From IMG/VR virus record IMGVR_UViG_3300046007_008038: a DNA stretch of 64,000 bases. One strand, written 5' to 3'. The DNA comes from an uncultured virus (IMG/VR IMGVR_UViG_3300046007_008038). Taxonomy: Duplodnaviria; Heunggongvirae; Uroviricota; Caudoviricetes. This document shows, one piece after another, positions 20,801 to 29,868 of this stretch. Within the stretch, counting starts at the first letter, position 1; every line of letters starts with the position of its first letter. The position numbers and the translations under genes were made by a program. The notes beneath the pieces were generated by a model. The model worked only from the letters and a program-made list of their open reading frames with translations, made no database searches and was not told where the DNA came from.

Positions 20801-22131
20801 ACAATGCCAATTTTTCTGTAGAAGGATCAGCAGTAACAACCCAAGAAGGTAATTATATTGCATCTTCTTTGGATGTAATTGTACCAATAGGATACGGGGA
20901 AGGCTCAGGGGTATTTACGACATGTGCTGTAAATAATGGTTATGCTTCAGGAACTTATATTGCTAGTACAATTAACTCAATGATTGTACCTCTAGAAGGA
21001 ATATTTAGTTCAGGCCAATTTGGCAATGCTGAGTTCAGAAATCCACATATCTTAAGCGGTATTGAATTTGTACAAACATCTGGTGCATCTAGAAATAATA
21101 AGTTTGAATTAATTAAATTGGATCAATCATTGTTTGAACAAAATGACGATCAATTTTTAGCAGATAAACTTTTTATTAAGAGTTATTCTATTAACGGATT
21201 ACCTAGATTAAGATTTGATTTATCTGCATACGGATCTACAGCTAACACATTAATAAAAGACCACTATTTTAATTTAAATATTAAAGCTCAAATAGGTAAT
21301 GATAATTCTACCAATTATGGTGGTGGTGCCTTAGGTGTTTGGATTCATACTGATGTTATAACTGCCGAAAATGGAGATAAATTAATGTGGTGTTGGACAC
21401 CTAGAAAAAAGTGGGAATTAATAGTTTATGATAATTTAACCCAAAGAATATTATTAAATGATCTAGCACACATTAAAAATTTTAGAACTTTCTCAGTTGT
21501 TAATGACCCGGAGTTTAGATCTGATATAAGAGAAAGATGCATAGGTAATGAGGTTCAGGAATATGAGACGGTAACTGAATTACCTCCTAGTCCAACTTTT
21601 AATTATTTTAAAGAAAATTATTTAGAAAATTTCGATATTCCTTTTGATACAAGAAATTATACAATCTATAATAATTATGAATACTTACAAATAATACCCG
21701 TACCAGAGCATTATTACAAACTTAGAAATTTAGTTCATGGACAGGACATAAATTACTATGTTGAAATATTTAAATTAAATCAACCAGATACATCGAAATA
21801 TCTTTTACTTAGCACTATCTCTTTACAAGATTTAACTTTAAAACAGAATTCTGGATTCCAACTCAATTATGGAATTGAGACTAGTTCTATTCCATTAGTG
21901 CCTTTCGTCGAGGAAGCTAGATTTTATACAGATAAAGAACAATTAAGATCAATATTAAGATTCTTCAATGATTTAATAGAAGATCCATACACCAGTAGAA
22001 TCGCATTTAATTCTTCTGGAATACTAGATACAAGTGGTGGAAGTAGAATAAATTATAAGATACATCCAGATTTAGCAGCTTTAGCTGGTGGTGGAGGCTC
22101 ACAAATAACTAGCTTGGACATTGTTAACTAA
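17809..22131 (+). CDS. large baseplate wedge protein, gp7 / P2 gpI-like
   Basis: YDIENCEPEYLEQLAKLIGW...WRQQLR...YKKKGT and FLPAHA motifs; follows gp6. Confidence 0.7.
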   Translation: MNTYNPSPNQYSKRNFVEVLEILSPKIYEAKDIELSGVGIQEDDQIINTQINAANNMASILPVSGRNDISSISQFFIKQNELTYITPQTFEDDILYPLGYSFEDFETQEQFTEFLSATLQPKIKTNATTLATTTSGVFGATASAVHDYLIDNLGWIYFLNNSSGVWNYQPSSYVTSQLSGLYIARDIKDLDGVIGFNRHLWYNYSSYIPTSYLSSVGTYTSGTQQLDKLETMLEVIFSPAYMDRQDFKVKDAFIDYIDGLGLLDELKPKGPHRKFLKAISYSMADINNNVEKLASLYDIENCEPEYLEQLAKLIGWKLLGPDASKWRQQLRSATEAYKKKGTSVGIQFVLNSIISDVLIDASGTLTELWESYVPFMIWYMLATDSIHFKNQQVWTKQKAESLGIFGHDPSSFTNNIQSVVDHILLEAYYKFPDNFIYQGKPWPVYRFLELDNDTGEPIDIYTLITDPLAKDYLRIDKSRRSYRSLKVEQNEQGLAYDNSFQIGPEGEGIYIAGSQIPQIEKPVYLSSTGDSKFVFNYRNYRNFPIPPFEEIKYYKECKLDEALISFFTEKVRCLGVGDNLTDAFGNYLRNNTYKLSNVYGAINDFLMFFSAMQNPVNYFEALDMQQGMDFDIQSLWNAKSSHVLINYSATNFSFTKRDITGDSKYALTQTKEVLNKFLPAHAIPILLVDASSPVEDYTTSETSFNTIELKEQQTMYSLVSGVFAGREASGINIRGIFTGTVTPEGLTTFKREEVDALNDLLVSSTNYTNTTPRKSLRRRNYKFVLPQEKYYDRTGFNQPISFDGSSAFALETSKGFIVLGFVASSNSFYPVYDYTNPSGVWDPCENLSSDNTFFGIDTSNTYPCRGAFELDSDAKMIEIGSRHDRYVDRCQIPYIYRAMHSIKENEALARSEIIVSSNTSYNEDSHWKNQALSVANNYINSGVMGINSYSDYENFKFGRGIHLLFKDYKKYFNHGLGPSSIDETGANIFSHTFGPLLYNANFSVEGSAVTTQEGNYIASSLDVIVPIGYGEGSGVFTTCAVNNGYASGTYIASTINSMIVPLEGIFSSGQFGNAEFRNPHILSGIEFVQTSGASRNNKFELIKLDQSLFEQNDDQFLADKLFIKSYSINGLPRLRFDLSAYGSTANTLIKDHYFNLNIKAQIGNDNSTNYGGGALGVWIHTDVITAENGDKLMWCWTPRKKWELIVYDNLTQRILLNDLAHIKNFRTFSVVNDPEFRSDIRERCIGNEVQEYETVTELPPSPTFNYFKENYLENFDIPFDTRNYTIYNNYEYLQIIPVPEHYYKLRNLVHGQDINYYVEIFKLNQPDTSKYLLLSTISLQDLTLKQNSGFQLNYGIETSSIPLVPFVEEARFYTDKEQLRSILRFFNDLIEDPYTSRIAFNSSGILDTSGGSRINYKIHPDLAALAGGGGSQITSLDIVN

Positions 22132-23195
22132 TGCGTGGAACAGTAGAAATTTACCTAATCGAAGATGATAAACAAATCCTTTTACATCAAGAAAATAACT
22201 TGATTGTAGATGGTGCAGGGAAAACTATTGTTGATGCATTAACTGCTTTTGATGGGTTGTCAGGTATCCCCTCAAGTAGCGCACTTTTAGATGTTTCTAA
22301 TTATACCATCCAAGCAATAACCTTCGGTGCTCCTTCAGCGTCATATACAAAAAATATACACGATACAACTTATCCTTTACTTGTAAGTGGATTAAGTAAT
22401 ACAGCATTTACAGTATTACAAGATGGATTAGCTACTTCTACATATACCCCATATACAGCAGGATCTCCAAGGATACCCAATCCTGTAGATATTAAATTAG
22501 AATTATCTGCTTCCCCTTCTGGGTCTTGGTCGGGAATTACAATACAACTACCTTATACTACAAGTGCTGGAGTAGTTATTGAAGACCAAGGACATCATTT
22601 AAATATTGCAGGAATAGGACCTTTATATGCTCAGTTTGGGGCATCCGCTCCCATAGCAGTTTTATTGGGTAGTTATGCTATGTCATCAAATACTGGTGCA
22701 TCTTACTTGATATCCTCTATCAATCAACTTAATCCCGGAACAGGTGTACCAAGTTCTGTCGCTGCTTCAGCAGCTTTAGGTGCTACAGGAACTTACAATG
22801 GTAGACAATTAATTGATTATCGTGGGTTTATTCACATGATAAGTCCTTCTGCCAATTCTAATATTAATTTTACTTCTATAAATGGTAGTGGGTTACAGTT
22901 AAGTACTCAATCAACTTTTAGCTCCACTGGAGAATTAGTTTATGGAACTAGATTAGCCCAAACAGATTGTATCTGTTTAAACTTTAATGGAGGAGTTTAT
23001 AATATTGGAATGTGGACGATTGATTTAAGTAAATCAATTCAAGCAGGTAATTTTCCTCCATATTCATTTAGTCAGCTAAATAATCCTAGGAAATATAGAT
23101 TATTCTGCAAAAAAACTTTTACTAAAAATATAGTTCAACACTCACTTTCTAGTATTTCTGCTATGCAAATAGTTTGGAGAATTAAATTCTTATGA
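22131..23195 (+). CDS. baseplate/fibre-attachment structural protein
   Basis: RGTVEI...NLIVDG N-terminus, WRIKF C-terminus; similar to the next gene. Confidence 0.55.
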   Translation: MRGTVEIYLIEDDKQILLHQENNLIVDGAGKTIVDALTAFDGLSGIPSSSALLDVSNYTIQAITFGAPSASYTKNIHDTTYPLLVSGLSNTAFTVLQDGLATSTYTPYTAGSPRIPNPVDIKLELSASPSGSWSGITIQLPYTTSAGVVIEDQGHHLNIAGIGPLYAQFGASAPIAVLLGSYAMSSNTGASYLISSINQLNPGTGVPSSVAASAALGATGTYNGRQLIDYRGFIHMISPSANSNINFTSINGSGLQLSTQSTFSSTGELVYGTRLAQTDCICLNFNGGVYNIGMWTIDLSKSIQAGNFPPYSFSQLNNPRKYRLFCKKTFTKNIVQHSLSSISAMQIVWRIKFL

Positions 23196-23788
23196 ATTTT
23201 ATAGAAGATTTAGGTATAAACGGCCACTTAACTATCAGCAAGTTATTTAAAGATGGTTCAGAAGAACTTATTTTTGATGACCATAATATTATTGTATCTG
23301 GCATGGGTGTTGGATTAGCTTATCTTTTTGCTGGATTAGGCTCAACTAAAGTTACAGATTTTCATTTGGATAGAGTGCAGTTTGGTGTTTCTGGTAACTC
23401 TAGTTTAGAAACAAGCACTACTTTCCAATTATCAGGACCTTTATCATCTTTAGCCGAATATGGAGTTAATGCAGATCAAAGTGTAATTACTTCTAATCAG
23501 TTAGCTAATGGATCAATTTTATCTAATAAACTTTTTATTAAACTACCAAGAAGTAAAGTTACGAGAATAAATGATAACTCTGTTCGGTATACAATAGTTT
23601 TAGATGAAGATGCCGCAAACTCAACTACTATACGAAGCAATAAACCTTTAAATGAGATTGGTTTATTTATGAAAAATCCACAAGGATCTGCAACCGATGC
23701 TTCTTTGTTAGTTGCTTATAGATATTTTAGTGATATTTTAAAGACTGAAGATTTTAGTCTTGTTTTTAGATGGACAATAAACTTCTAA
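23192..23788 (+). CDS. baseplate/fibre-attachment structural protein (gp8-like position)
   Basis: GHLTI...HNIIVSG, LNEIGLF, KTEDFSLVFRWTINF. Confidence 0.6.
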   Translation: MNFIEDLGINGHLTISKLFKDGSEELIFDDHNIIVSGMGVGLAYLFAGLGSTKVTDFHLDRVQFGVSGNSSLETSTTFQLSGPLSSLAEYGVNADQSVITSNQLANGSILSNKLFIKLPRSKVTRINDNSVRYTIVLDEDAANSTTIRSNKPLNEIGLFMKNPQGSATDASLLVAYRYFSDILKTEDFSLVFRWTINF

Positions 23789-23789
23789 C

Positions 23790-26700
23790 ATGGCTTTTAA
23801 TTCAAATGATATTTACACTTCTAGTGGAAGTTTAAGAGTTTATAATTCTTGGACTCCTTATGTTAGTAAGTTTGATACTAGTTCTTTTTACAACTGGGAA
23901 CAAGACAACTTACCCTTATATGATCTAGAAGAAAGAACTTATGAACTTTGGGAGTATGCTGGATATCCAACTTCTGCCATTACTGGATTAGCACTTACAG
24001 TTAGTGCAGACACTCCAGCACTAACACTTGCTCAAAATAGAAATATTTATACAACAGTAAGTGCTGCTATAGCATCATTACCTAGAGTAATTAGATTCCC
24101 TGTTTTAATAGAGGTTGCAAACTTCGGAGATTTAGGCGCTTTAGAATTACATGATTTCCAAATAGTTGAAAATGGATCTATTGAAATAATAAATAGAAAT
24201 TATGTAAAATCATATAATGCATCCGCAACAATTGTTACAATTGGAACTGTGTTTAATAATACTTACATAGCCGCTATCGGGGATGCAGATGTTAGTGCAA
24301 CCTTATTCTCAAGTACAGGACAACCATACTCAACTTCTTGTGTTAATATTTCTTCTACAGTATTTAGTGGAAATAATGATGTTAGATTTAGTGCAGTTAA
24401 CTCAGTTTTATTTCCAAAAGTAACTCAAAGAAAAGCTCCTCTTTCTGTAGCCATAGGGGATTCTTCACCATACGGAGGATCAACAAATAGATTTGCTTTG
24501 GGAGCATATGAAACTACAACTTTAACTGATTTAACAGTATCAAATGGTTATGATTTTTCTGCATACTCTAATTATCCTCTAAATGCAATTACTAGAACTG
24601 CAATAACCACAGGTGCTGGAAATACAGCTTTTGGTTTAATCTATGGAAATAACCTCTCTAAAATTTCTGTTAAAAATTGCTCTGGTAAAATATACATAAG
24701 AAATTTCTTTGTTGATGGTAAAAATATTAACCTAACTACAGCAACCAAAGATGGAATTGAGATTTTAAATTCCGATGTTATTTTAGAGAATTGCACTGCT
24801 GTAAGATGTAGTGAATCTGGATTCTCCTTTAATAATTCTAAAGTTATATTATCTAGAGGTGCTTACTCCTATAGAAATTATGAACTTAGTACGCTTTCAG
24901 TTAGAACTACTAAAAAATCTTGTGGATTCAAAGTTTTTAATAGCGAAGTAATTTTCAGTGGATTAGTTGGGGGAGCCTCTACACAAGCTAGAGATTACCA
25001 AGCTAGTGGATCTGATTTAATGTTCATCGCTTCCAGAAACCCAATTGGATTCTTAGTTGAAAATTCAAAATTGGTTGGAGGCGTATCTGAAAGTGGATTA
25101 GATGATCAAAGCCAATCAACAATTGCTGCTGAATATAATACAATTGCTGGATTCAAAACCTATAATTCAATTTTAGATTTAGATGGGTTAGTTGATGTTT
25201 ATCAAAATAAAGTTGGCTTTGATTTAGACAATTCTCAACTTCTAGTTAATGAATTGACAGTCGATAGGCATACTAACGAAGGAATAATAGCAAAAAATTC
25301 AACTATAACTTATTTTAAATCTGGAGTAGGTACTACTTACGGTAGTGTTAGAAGAGCAGTAGATTTCCAACTTAATGGACAGCATTTAGTACTTACTAAT
25401 AACTCTAGATTTAAATATGCTAGATATAATAATATACCAACGATAGGAACAGGAGGTCTTTTATTTAAAGATTCTCATGGAGTATCTTTCATTTCTAATG
25501 GTTCTTATTTCCAAAAACTTCCCGGTATTAAGATTGATCATAATTCAGTAGGTGAGTTTTTAGAAGCCCAACTTCTAAACCAAAATACTGATTACGATGA
25601 AAATGTAGCACATTATGGCACTGTTTTAAACTGCACTAATAATTCTCTAGGTTCCTTATATGGTACATCTAACCACTGTATCATGGCTTTAGGAACTTCT
25701 GGAAGTTTTGAAAAACAAGCTAAGATGTCTACTTTATATGCTGGGGCTAATTCAAAAATATCTTTAGCAGGTCCATGTGTGGTTGGTCAAGCAGGAGTTT
25801 CAATTCTAGCTGAAGATAATTCAGTAATTGATATTGGACCAGCAGTCGATAATGAGACAGGTGAACTAGCTGTTAGCACTTTAAGTCTTGGTACAAACAC
25901 TAATCATACTTCAGTTGATTTGCATTCAACAAGAGCTTGCTTAGTTGCAAATAGAAATTCTACTATTCATTTACATGATTTAGGAAATTATAAAAACTAT
26001 TGGACTGGAACCATAGGTTCTGCAATAGCTGATTTTGATTATAATCTTGGAGAGACTTCTGCTTATGTAGGTAATGGATCTATAAGATTCTTGCCAAATC
26101 CAATAGATTCTAATGCAGTCACAGTAAATTCAACAAACACTATCGGATATGCAGAAACAGTTAATCCAACTTTTAGCAATGATGCAACTACTAATACTTT
26201 AAGATATTTAGCTAATTTTGATAAAACTTTAGGTGGAATGTGCGTTAGAGCTTTAGGTAATAGCACTGTAAATGTAAATAATGTGCATTTTGGAAAAGGT
26301 CCAAATGCTAGTCCATTAGACGGTATTTTTTACAATGCTAGCGGGTCGGATTGTGATAGATTGATGATTTGGAATATTGCTGATGGTTCCAAATTAACTG
26401 CTGCCCATGTTTCTGTAAGTGGAACTTATCCAGCAGATGCAGGATATCATGGACCCCAAGCATATTGGGTATCTAGCTCCAATGGAACAACCACCGGAAC
26501 AGCAACAGTTACTTATGGTGCTCCATCAGGCACCCCTGATTTTGGATCCCTTAGTGTTTTAGATATATTTGGGGCTGGTGGAAGTTCTGTTTCATCTGCT
26601 TGGAAAACTACTTCAGGTGTTTCAGTAAATGATCCCTTTGATAGGTTCTTTCCTGTTGGAACTGATATAGCAGCTTCAACAGCTTCTGCGTTAGCTCAAA

Positions 26701-27302
26701 GAGCAGGTATACCGATATCAGGTATTACAGTTAGTGGAATACAATTAGGCAGTAGCTCAACTAGTTTGTATAATAACCAAGGTGTATTTAGATTATATTT
26801 CTCACCAAAATCAGAATGCAAATATTTAGCTAATGATTTAAGTGGTTATGAAAATGGTCCTTTGGATTATCGAACTAATAAGTATAGTAGATCTTTTAGT
26901 GCAACCTTTGGAGCAGTATATCAAATATTTGCACAAGGTTATGGTTTGTCAGCGGCGGTTTCCGCAGTTACAACGAGTCCTGAATTAAGTTCTATACATC
27001 CCAATTTATTGAAGTTAAGTTATGACTCTAATGGGGATGGAGTTCCTGATTCATTATATCCCTCAGGATATTACTACTGTAAAGAATTCTTAGAAGATGA
27101 TCCGGGCCAAGTAATTATAGATGAGTCTGCTGCAAATTTATTCGCTAATGCTAAAAATTGCTCTGTAGGTATGGGAGGTAGACCTAAGAGGGTAACAATT
27201 TATAAGGCTGGAACTGATGAAGAGTTTAGCGAATCTAATCCCGGAGCGACCATATACGGATTTAAATCTGCAAATGTTTTTGATCTAAAGAGAGATAATT
27301 GA
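23790..27302 (+). CDS. tail fibre/spike with probable parallel beta-helix
   Basis: 1170 aa, recurring G-[FI]-x3-NS-x-[VL] repeats; in fibre position. Confidence 0.65.
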   Translation: MAFNSNDIYTSSGSLRVYNSWTPYVSKFDTSSFYNWEQDNLPLYDLEERTYELWEYAGYPTSAITGLALTVSADTPALTLAQNRNIYTTVSAAIASLPRVIRFPVLIEVANFGDLGALELHDFQIVENGSIEIINRNYVKSYNASATIVTIGTVFNNTYIAAIGDADVSATLFSSTGQPYSTSCVNISSTVFSGNNDVRFSAVNSVLFPKVTQRKAPLSVAIGDSSPYGGSTNRFALGAYETTTLTDLTVSNGYDFSAYSNYPLNAITRTAITTGAGNTAFGLIYGNNLSKISVKNCSGKIYIRNFFVDGKNINLTTATKDGIEILNSDVILENCTAVRCSESGFSFNNSKVILSRGAYSYRNYELSTLSVRTTKKSCGFKVFNSEVIFSGLVGGASTQARDYQASGSDLMFIASRNPIGFLVENSKLVGGVSESGLDDQSQSTIAAEYNTIAGFKTYNSILDLDGLVDVYQNKVGFDLDNSQLLVNELTVDRHTNEGIIAKNSTITYFKSGVGTTYGSVRRAVDFQLNGQHLVLTNNSRFKYARYNNIPTIGTGGLLFKDSHGVSFISNGSYFQKLPGIKIDHNSVGEFLEAQLLNQNTDYDENVAHYGTVLNCTNNSLGSLYGTSNHCIMALGTSGSFEKQAKMSTLYAGANSKISLAGPCVVGQAGVSILAEDNSVIDIGPAVDNETGELAVSTLSLGTNTNHTSVDLHSTRACLVANRNSTIHLHDLGNYKNYWTGTIGSAIADFDYNLGETSAYVGNGSIRFLPNPIDSNAVTVNSTNTIGYAETVNPTFSNDATTNTLRYLANFDKTLGGMCVRALGNSTVNVNNVHFGKGPNASPLDGIFYNASGSDCDRLMIWNIADGSKLTAAHVSVSGTYPADAGYHGPQAYWVSSSNGTTTGTATVTYGAPSGTPDFGSLSVLDIFGAGGSSVSSAWKTTSGVSVNDPFDRFFPVGTDIAASTASALAQRAGIPISGITVSGIQLGSSSTSLYNNQGVFRLYFSPKSECKYLANDLSGYENGPLDYRTNKYSRSFSATFGAVYQIFAQGYGLSAAVSAVTTSPELSSIHPNLLKLSYDSNGDGVPDSLYPSGYYYCKEFLEDDPGQVIIDESAANLFANAKNCSVGMGGRPKRVTIYKAGTDEEFSESNPGATIYGFKSANVFDLKRDN

Positions 27303-27303
27303 T

Positions 27304-29865
27304 ATGGCAAAATTTACATTCTCAGATAGCCAATACAGGTTCACGGAACCTGTAAGATATTTTAAAGCTAACGACCCTTATTACTTTGAAGTAGATAACA
27401 TACCAATTAAACAACTTCAAGAAAACTGTCTTTGGCTAAGAGATCAATTGAGAAAATTAGGTGGAGGGAGAAGAGTTGGACCAGAGACAGGAGGCCCCCC
27501 ATCTACAAATACCAATGGAGGAGATAATAGAGGTCCAATAGATCGACCAACAGCAGGAACATTAGAGATAACTAGAAAAGATATTGATGAATTAAGACCT
27601 TTTGCAACAGGAGGAGATAGAGTAGTTCGTGTAAGACCCGGAAGATACTCTGCAAGAATTAACGACATTGGAAATGAACCTTTACAATACTTGCTGAAAA
27701 TAGTTGGGCAAGAATTACAAGATACTGAAATCTATAAAACTTATAATTTAAATAGTACTAATGATAATTTTAATACCTTAGTAATAAATAGTTTAAATAA
27801 ATTAAAACAAACAGTTGCTTCAAGTGCGTTGCACATGAATGGTCTTGCTGAAAGAGCATTTACTTGGGCTGCTAGGGATATTGATACACCAACAGATTAT
27901 GCAGGATTAACAACTGATGCATTAGAATATGCTGGAATAGGTGGAGTTGGATTATTAGGACCTTTTGTATATTCTCAAGTTTTATTATGGTATAAGGATT
28001 CAGTAAATACAGATGGATTTTATGTGCTTCCAACTAACCACCCAACTAGTTTAGCCATAGGATTCGCAAAATTACCAACACTAGAAAACCATTTAATAAA
28101 GAGATGGAGAGGTGTTGCTAGAACGGCCATAGTTGATGTTCCAGAAGAATTAAGTATAGAAGTTCCATCATTTTCACAACAAGATTTCTTTTATACAGAT
28201 GAAAATGGGGATAAGCAATTTTTAAATGCAACTCACAGAATTGACATGGTTTTCATTTATTCAAAACCAGTAGATGCTTCTGGAGTTTCTATTTTACAAA
28301 ATGGAACTGTTACTCAAATAACTTCTCCAACTTTAGGCATTGTTCGTGGTGCTGGAATAGGAATGAACTTCCAACCTAAAACATCAGCACAATATACTCC
28401 TGAAAGTGCTTTGGATTCAGGAGGAAACCCAATGATCCTTGGGAGTGTTGCAGACCAATCCGCAGATAATATTGGGTTCTTACAATCATCAGGAACAGAA
28501 CAATCTTTTACAGTAAAAGGATCGTTCCCTTCTCCAGACGATTTGTTAAATCTATCTCCTTTACTTTCTCAAGATTTAGAAGACAATGCAATCGAATTAG
28601 TTGGTCAATCAATTTTACCTGTTGCTTATATTTTTGTTGATGGCGACTCACAAGAAATTGCAGGAACCCGAGTTATTGCACAAGAAGATGTCATTGATAT
28701 TAGACCTCTCCTAAGAACAACAGAACTTACTTATAATGAAAGAGCGGGATTAGCAGCAGCAGTCCCACAAATATCATTAGCTAATCCAGTTGTTGGTAAG
28801 AGTGTTTTAGATAAAGAATTAAAGAGAGTTACAGAATTTGTAACCACTAAAATTTCTGAAATACAAACTTCTACGCAAGTTCAAGATTTAAATAATGGTA
28901 AACTTTTAGCTACAGGTTATGTTTTTGGTGGGTTAAATTACGGAACAGAGGGAGCATTGTTCCATTATTACAAGCAAAAGTTTGCTAGCGATAATGAACC
29001 TACTAATGATTCGGATGTTTATATTAGAAATTATATCCAATCAAGATATGGATATGGTAATTTTGATACTGGTCTTTTAGATTTTCCAACTTACCCAGAC
29101 TGGGATATTTCTAGATGGTGTTTAGACGGTAATTTTGAAAACAAAGGAGTTTACCCAAACGATAGAATAACTCCAGTAATATCTCACCAAGCAACGCCTT
29201 CAAATTTAAATGGAGCAGATTTATTCATAAAATCTGGAAGCTATAGAGATGCTGTAAATTCAGCAGGAACAACTTTAGCAGGGGGAGTTCCAAATAGAGT
29301 AAATAATTTTACAAATACAGAAATATCTCAAACAGGTAGTGGTGATAATGAAATGGGTCAACATAAAGTTAATTTTATGTACATTTCAAAAAGAATTCTA
29401 TTTAATAGACCTTCTTGGATGTTAGATTATCATGTTGACGCAGAATTTTTAAATAGCATAGGGTTAACATATAGAGGATCTGGATTGAATAATCCAAATT
29501 CACAAGATTTAGCTGGTTATACAGGAATCTGGGTTGAAAAAGGATTTAATGAGTTTACAATTTATGTTGGCTTTGTGACAGTAGATCATATGAAAAATAC
29601 AGGGGTTACACAAGATTTACTTCCTCACAGAAATAGAGACAGCCAAAGATTTGCATCTTTTCTTGTTCCAGTAAGAGATATATTGTATTCTGAACCAACT
29701 GCCGTACCAACATGTGGCGCAGGATTTTTAGGAAATGTTAAAGTAGGAAAATGCACATACCCAACAATTAAATGGAGAATGGTTGGTATATCTCAAAATA
29801 GTGCATCATATCACTATGCCAATTTAAATTCATCCAATCCATTAATTTCACTTAACGGAGCATGA
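27304..29865 (+). CDS. tail fibre-associated structural protein
   Basis: N-terminal YYFEVDNIPIKQL motif shared with the preceding gene; repeated ID-x-[LI]RP. Confidence 0.55.
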   Translation: MAKFTFSDSQYRFTEPVRYFKANDPYYFEVDNIPIKQLQENCLWLRDQLRKLGGGRRVGPETGGPPSTNTNGGDNRGPIDRPTAGTLEITRKDIDELRPFATGGDRVVRVRPGRYSARINDIGNEPLQYLLKIVGQELQDTEIYKTYNLNSTNDNFNTLVINSLNKLKQTVASSALHMNGLAERAFTWAARDIDTPTDYAGLTTDALEYAGIGGVGLLGPFVYSQVLLWYKDSVNTDGFYVLPTNHPTSLAIGFAKLPTLENHLIKRWRGVARTAIVDVPEELSIEVPSFSQQDFFYTDENGDKQFLNATHRIDMVFIYSKPVDASGVSILQNGTVTQITSPTLGIVRGAGIGMNFQPKTSAQYTPESALDSGGNPMILGSVADQSADNIGFLQSSGTEQSFTVKGSFPSPDDLLNLSPLLSQDLEDNAIELVGQSILPVAYIFVDGDSQEIAGTRVIAQEDVIDIRPLLRTTELTYNERAGLAAAVPQISLANPVVGKSVLDKELKRVTEFVTTKISEIQTSTQVQDLNNGKLLATGYVFGGLNYGTEGALFHYYKQKFASDNEPTNDSDVYIRNYIQSRYGYGNFDTGLLDFPTYPDWDISRWCLDGNFENKGVYPNDRITPVISHQATPSNLNGADLFIKSGSYRDAVNSAGTTLAGGVPNRVNNFTNTEISQTGSGDNEMGQHKVNFMYISKRILFNRPSWMLDYHVDAEFLNSIGLTYRGSGLNNPNSQDLAGYTGIWVEKGFNEFTIYVGFVTVDHMKNTGVTQDLLPHRNRDSQRFASFLVPVRDILYSEPTAVPTCGAGFLGNVKVGKCTYPTIKWRMVGISQNSASYHYANLNSSNPLISLNGA

Positions 29866-29868
29866 TAA

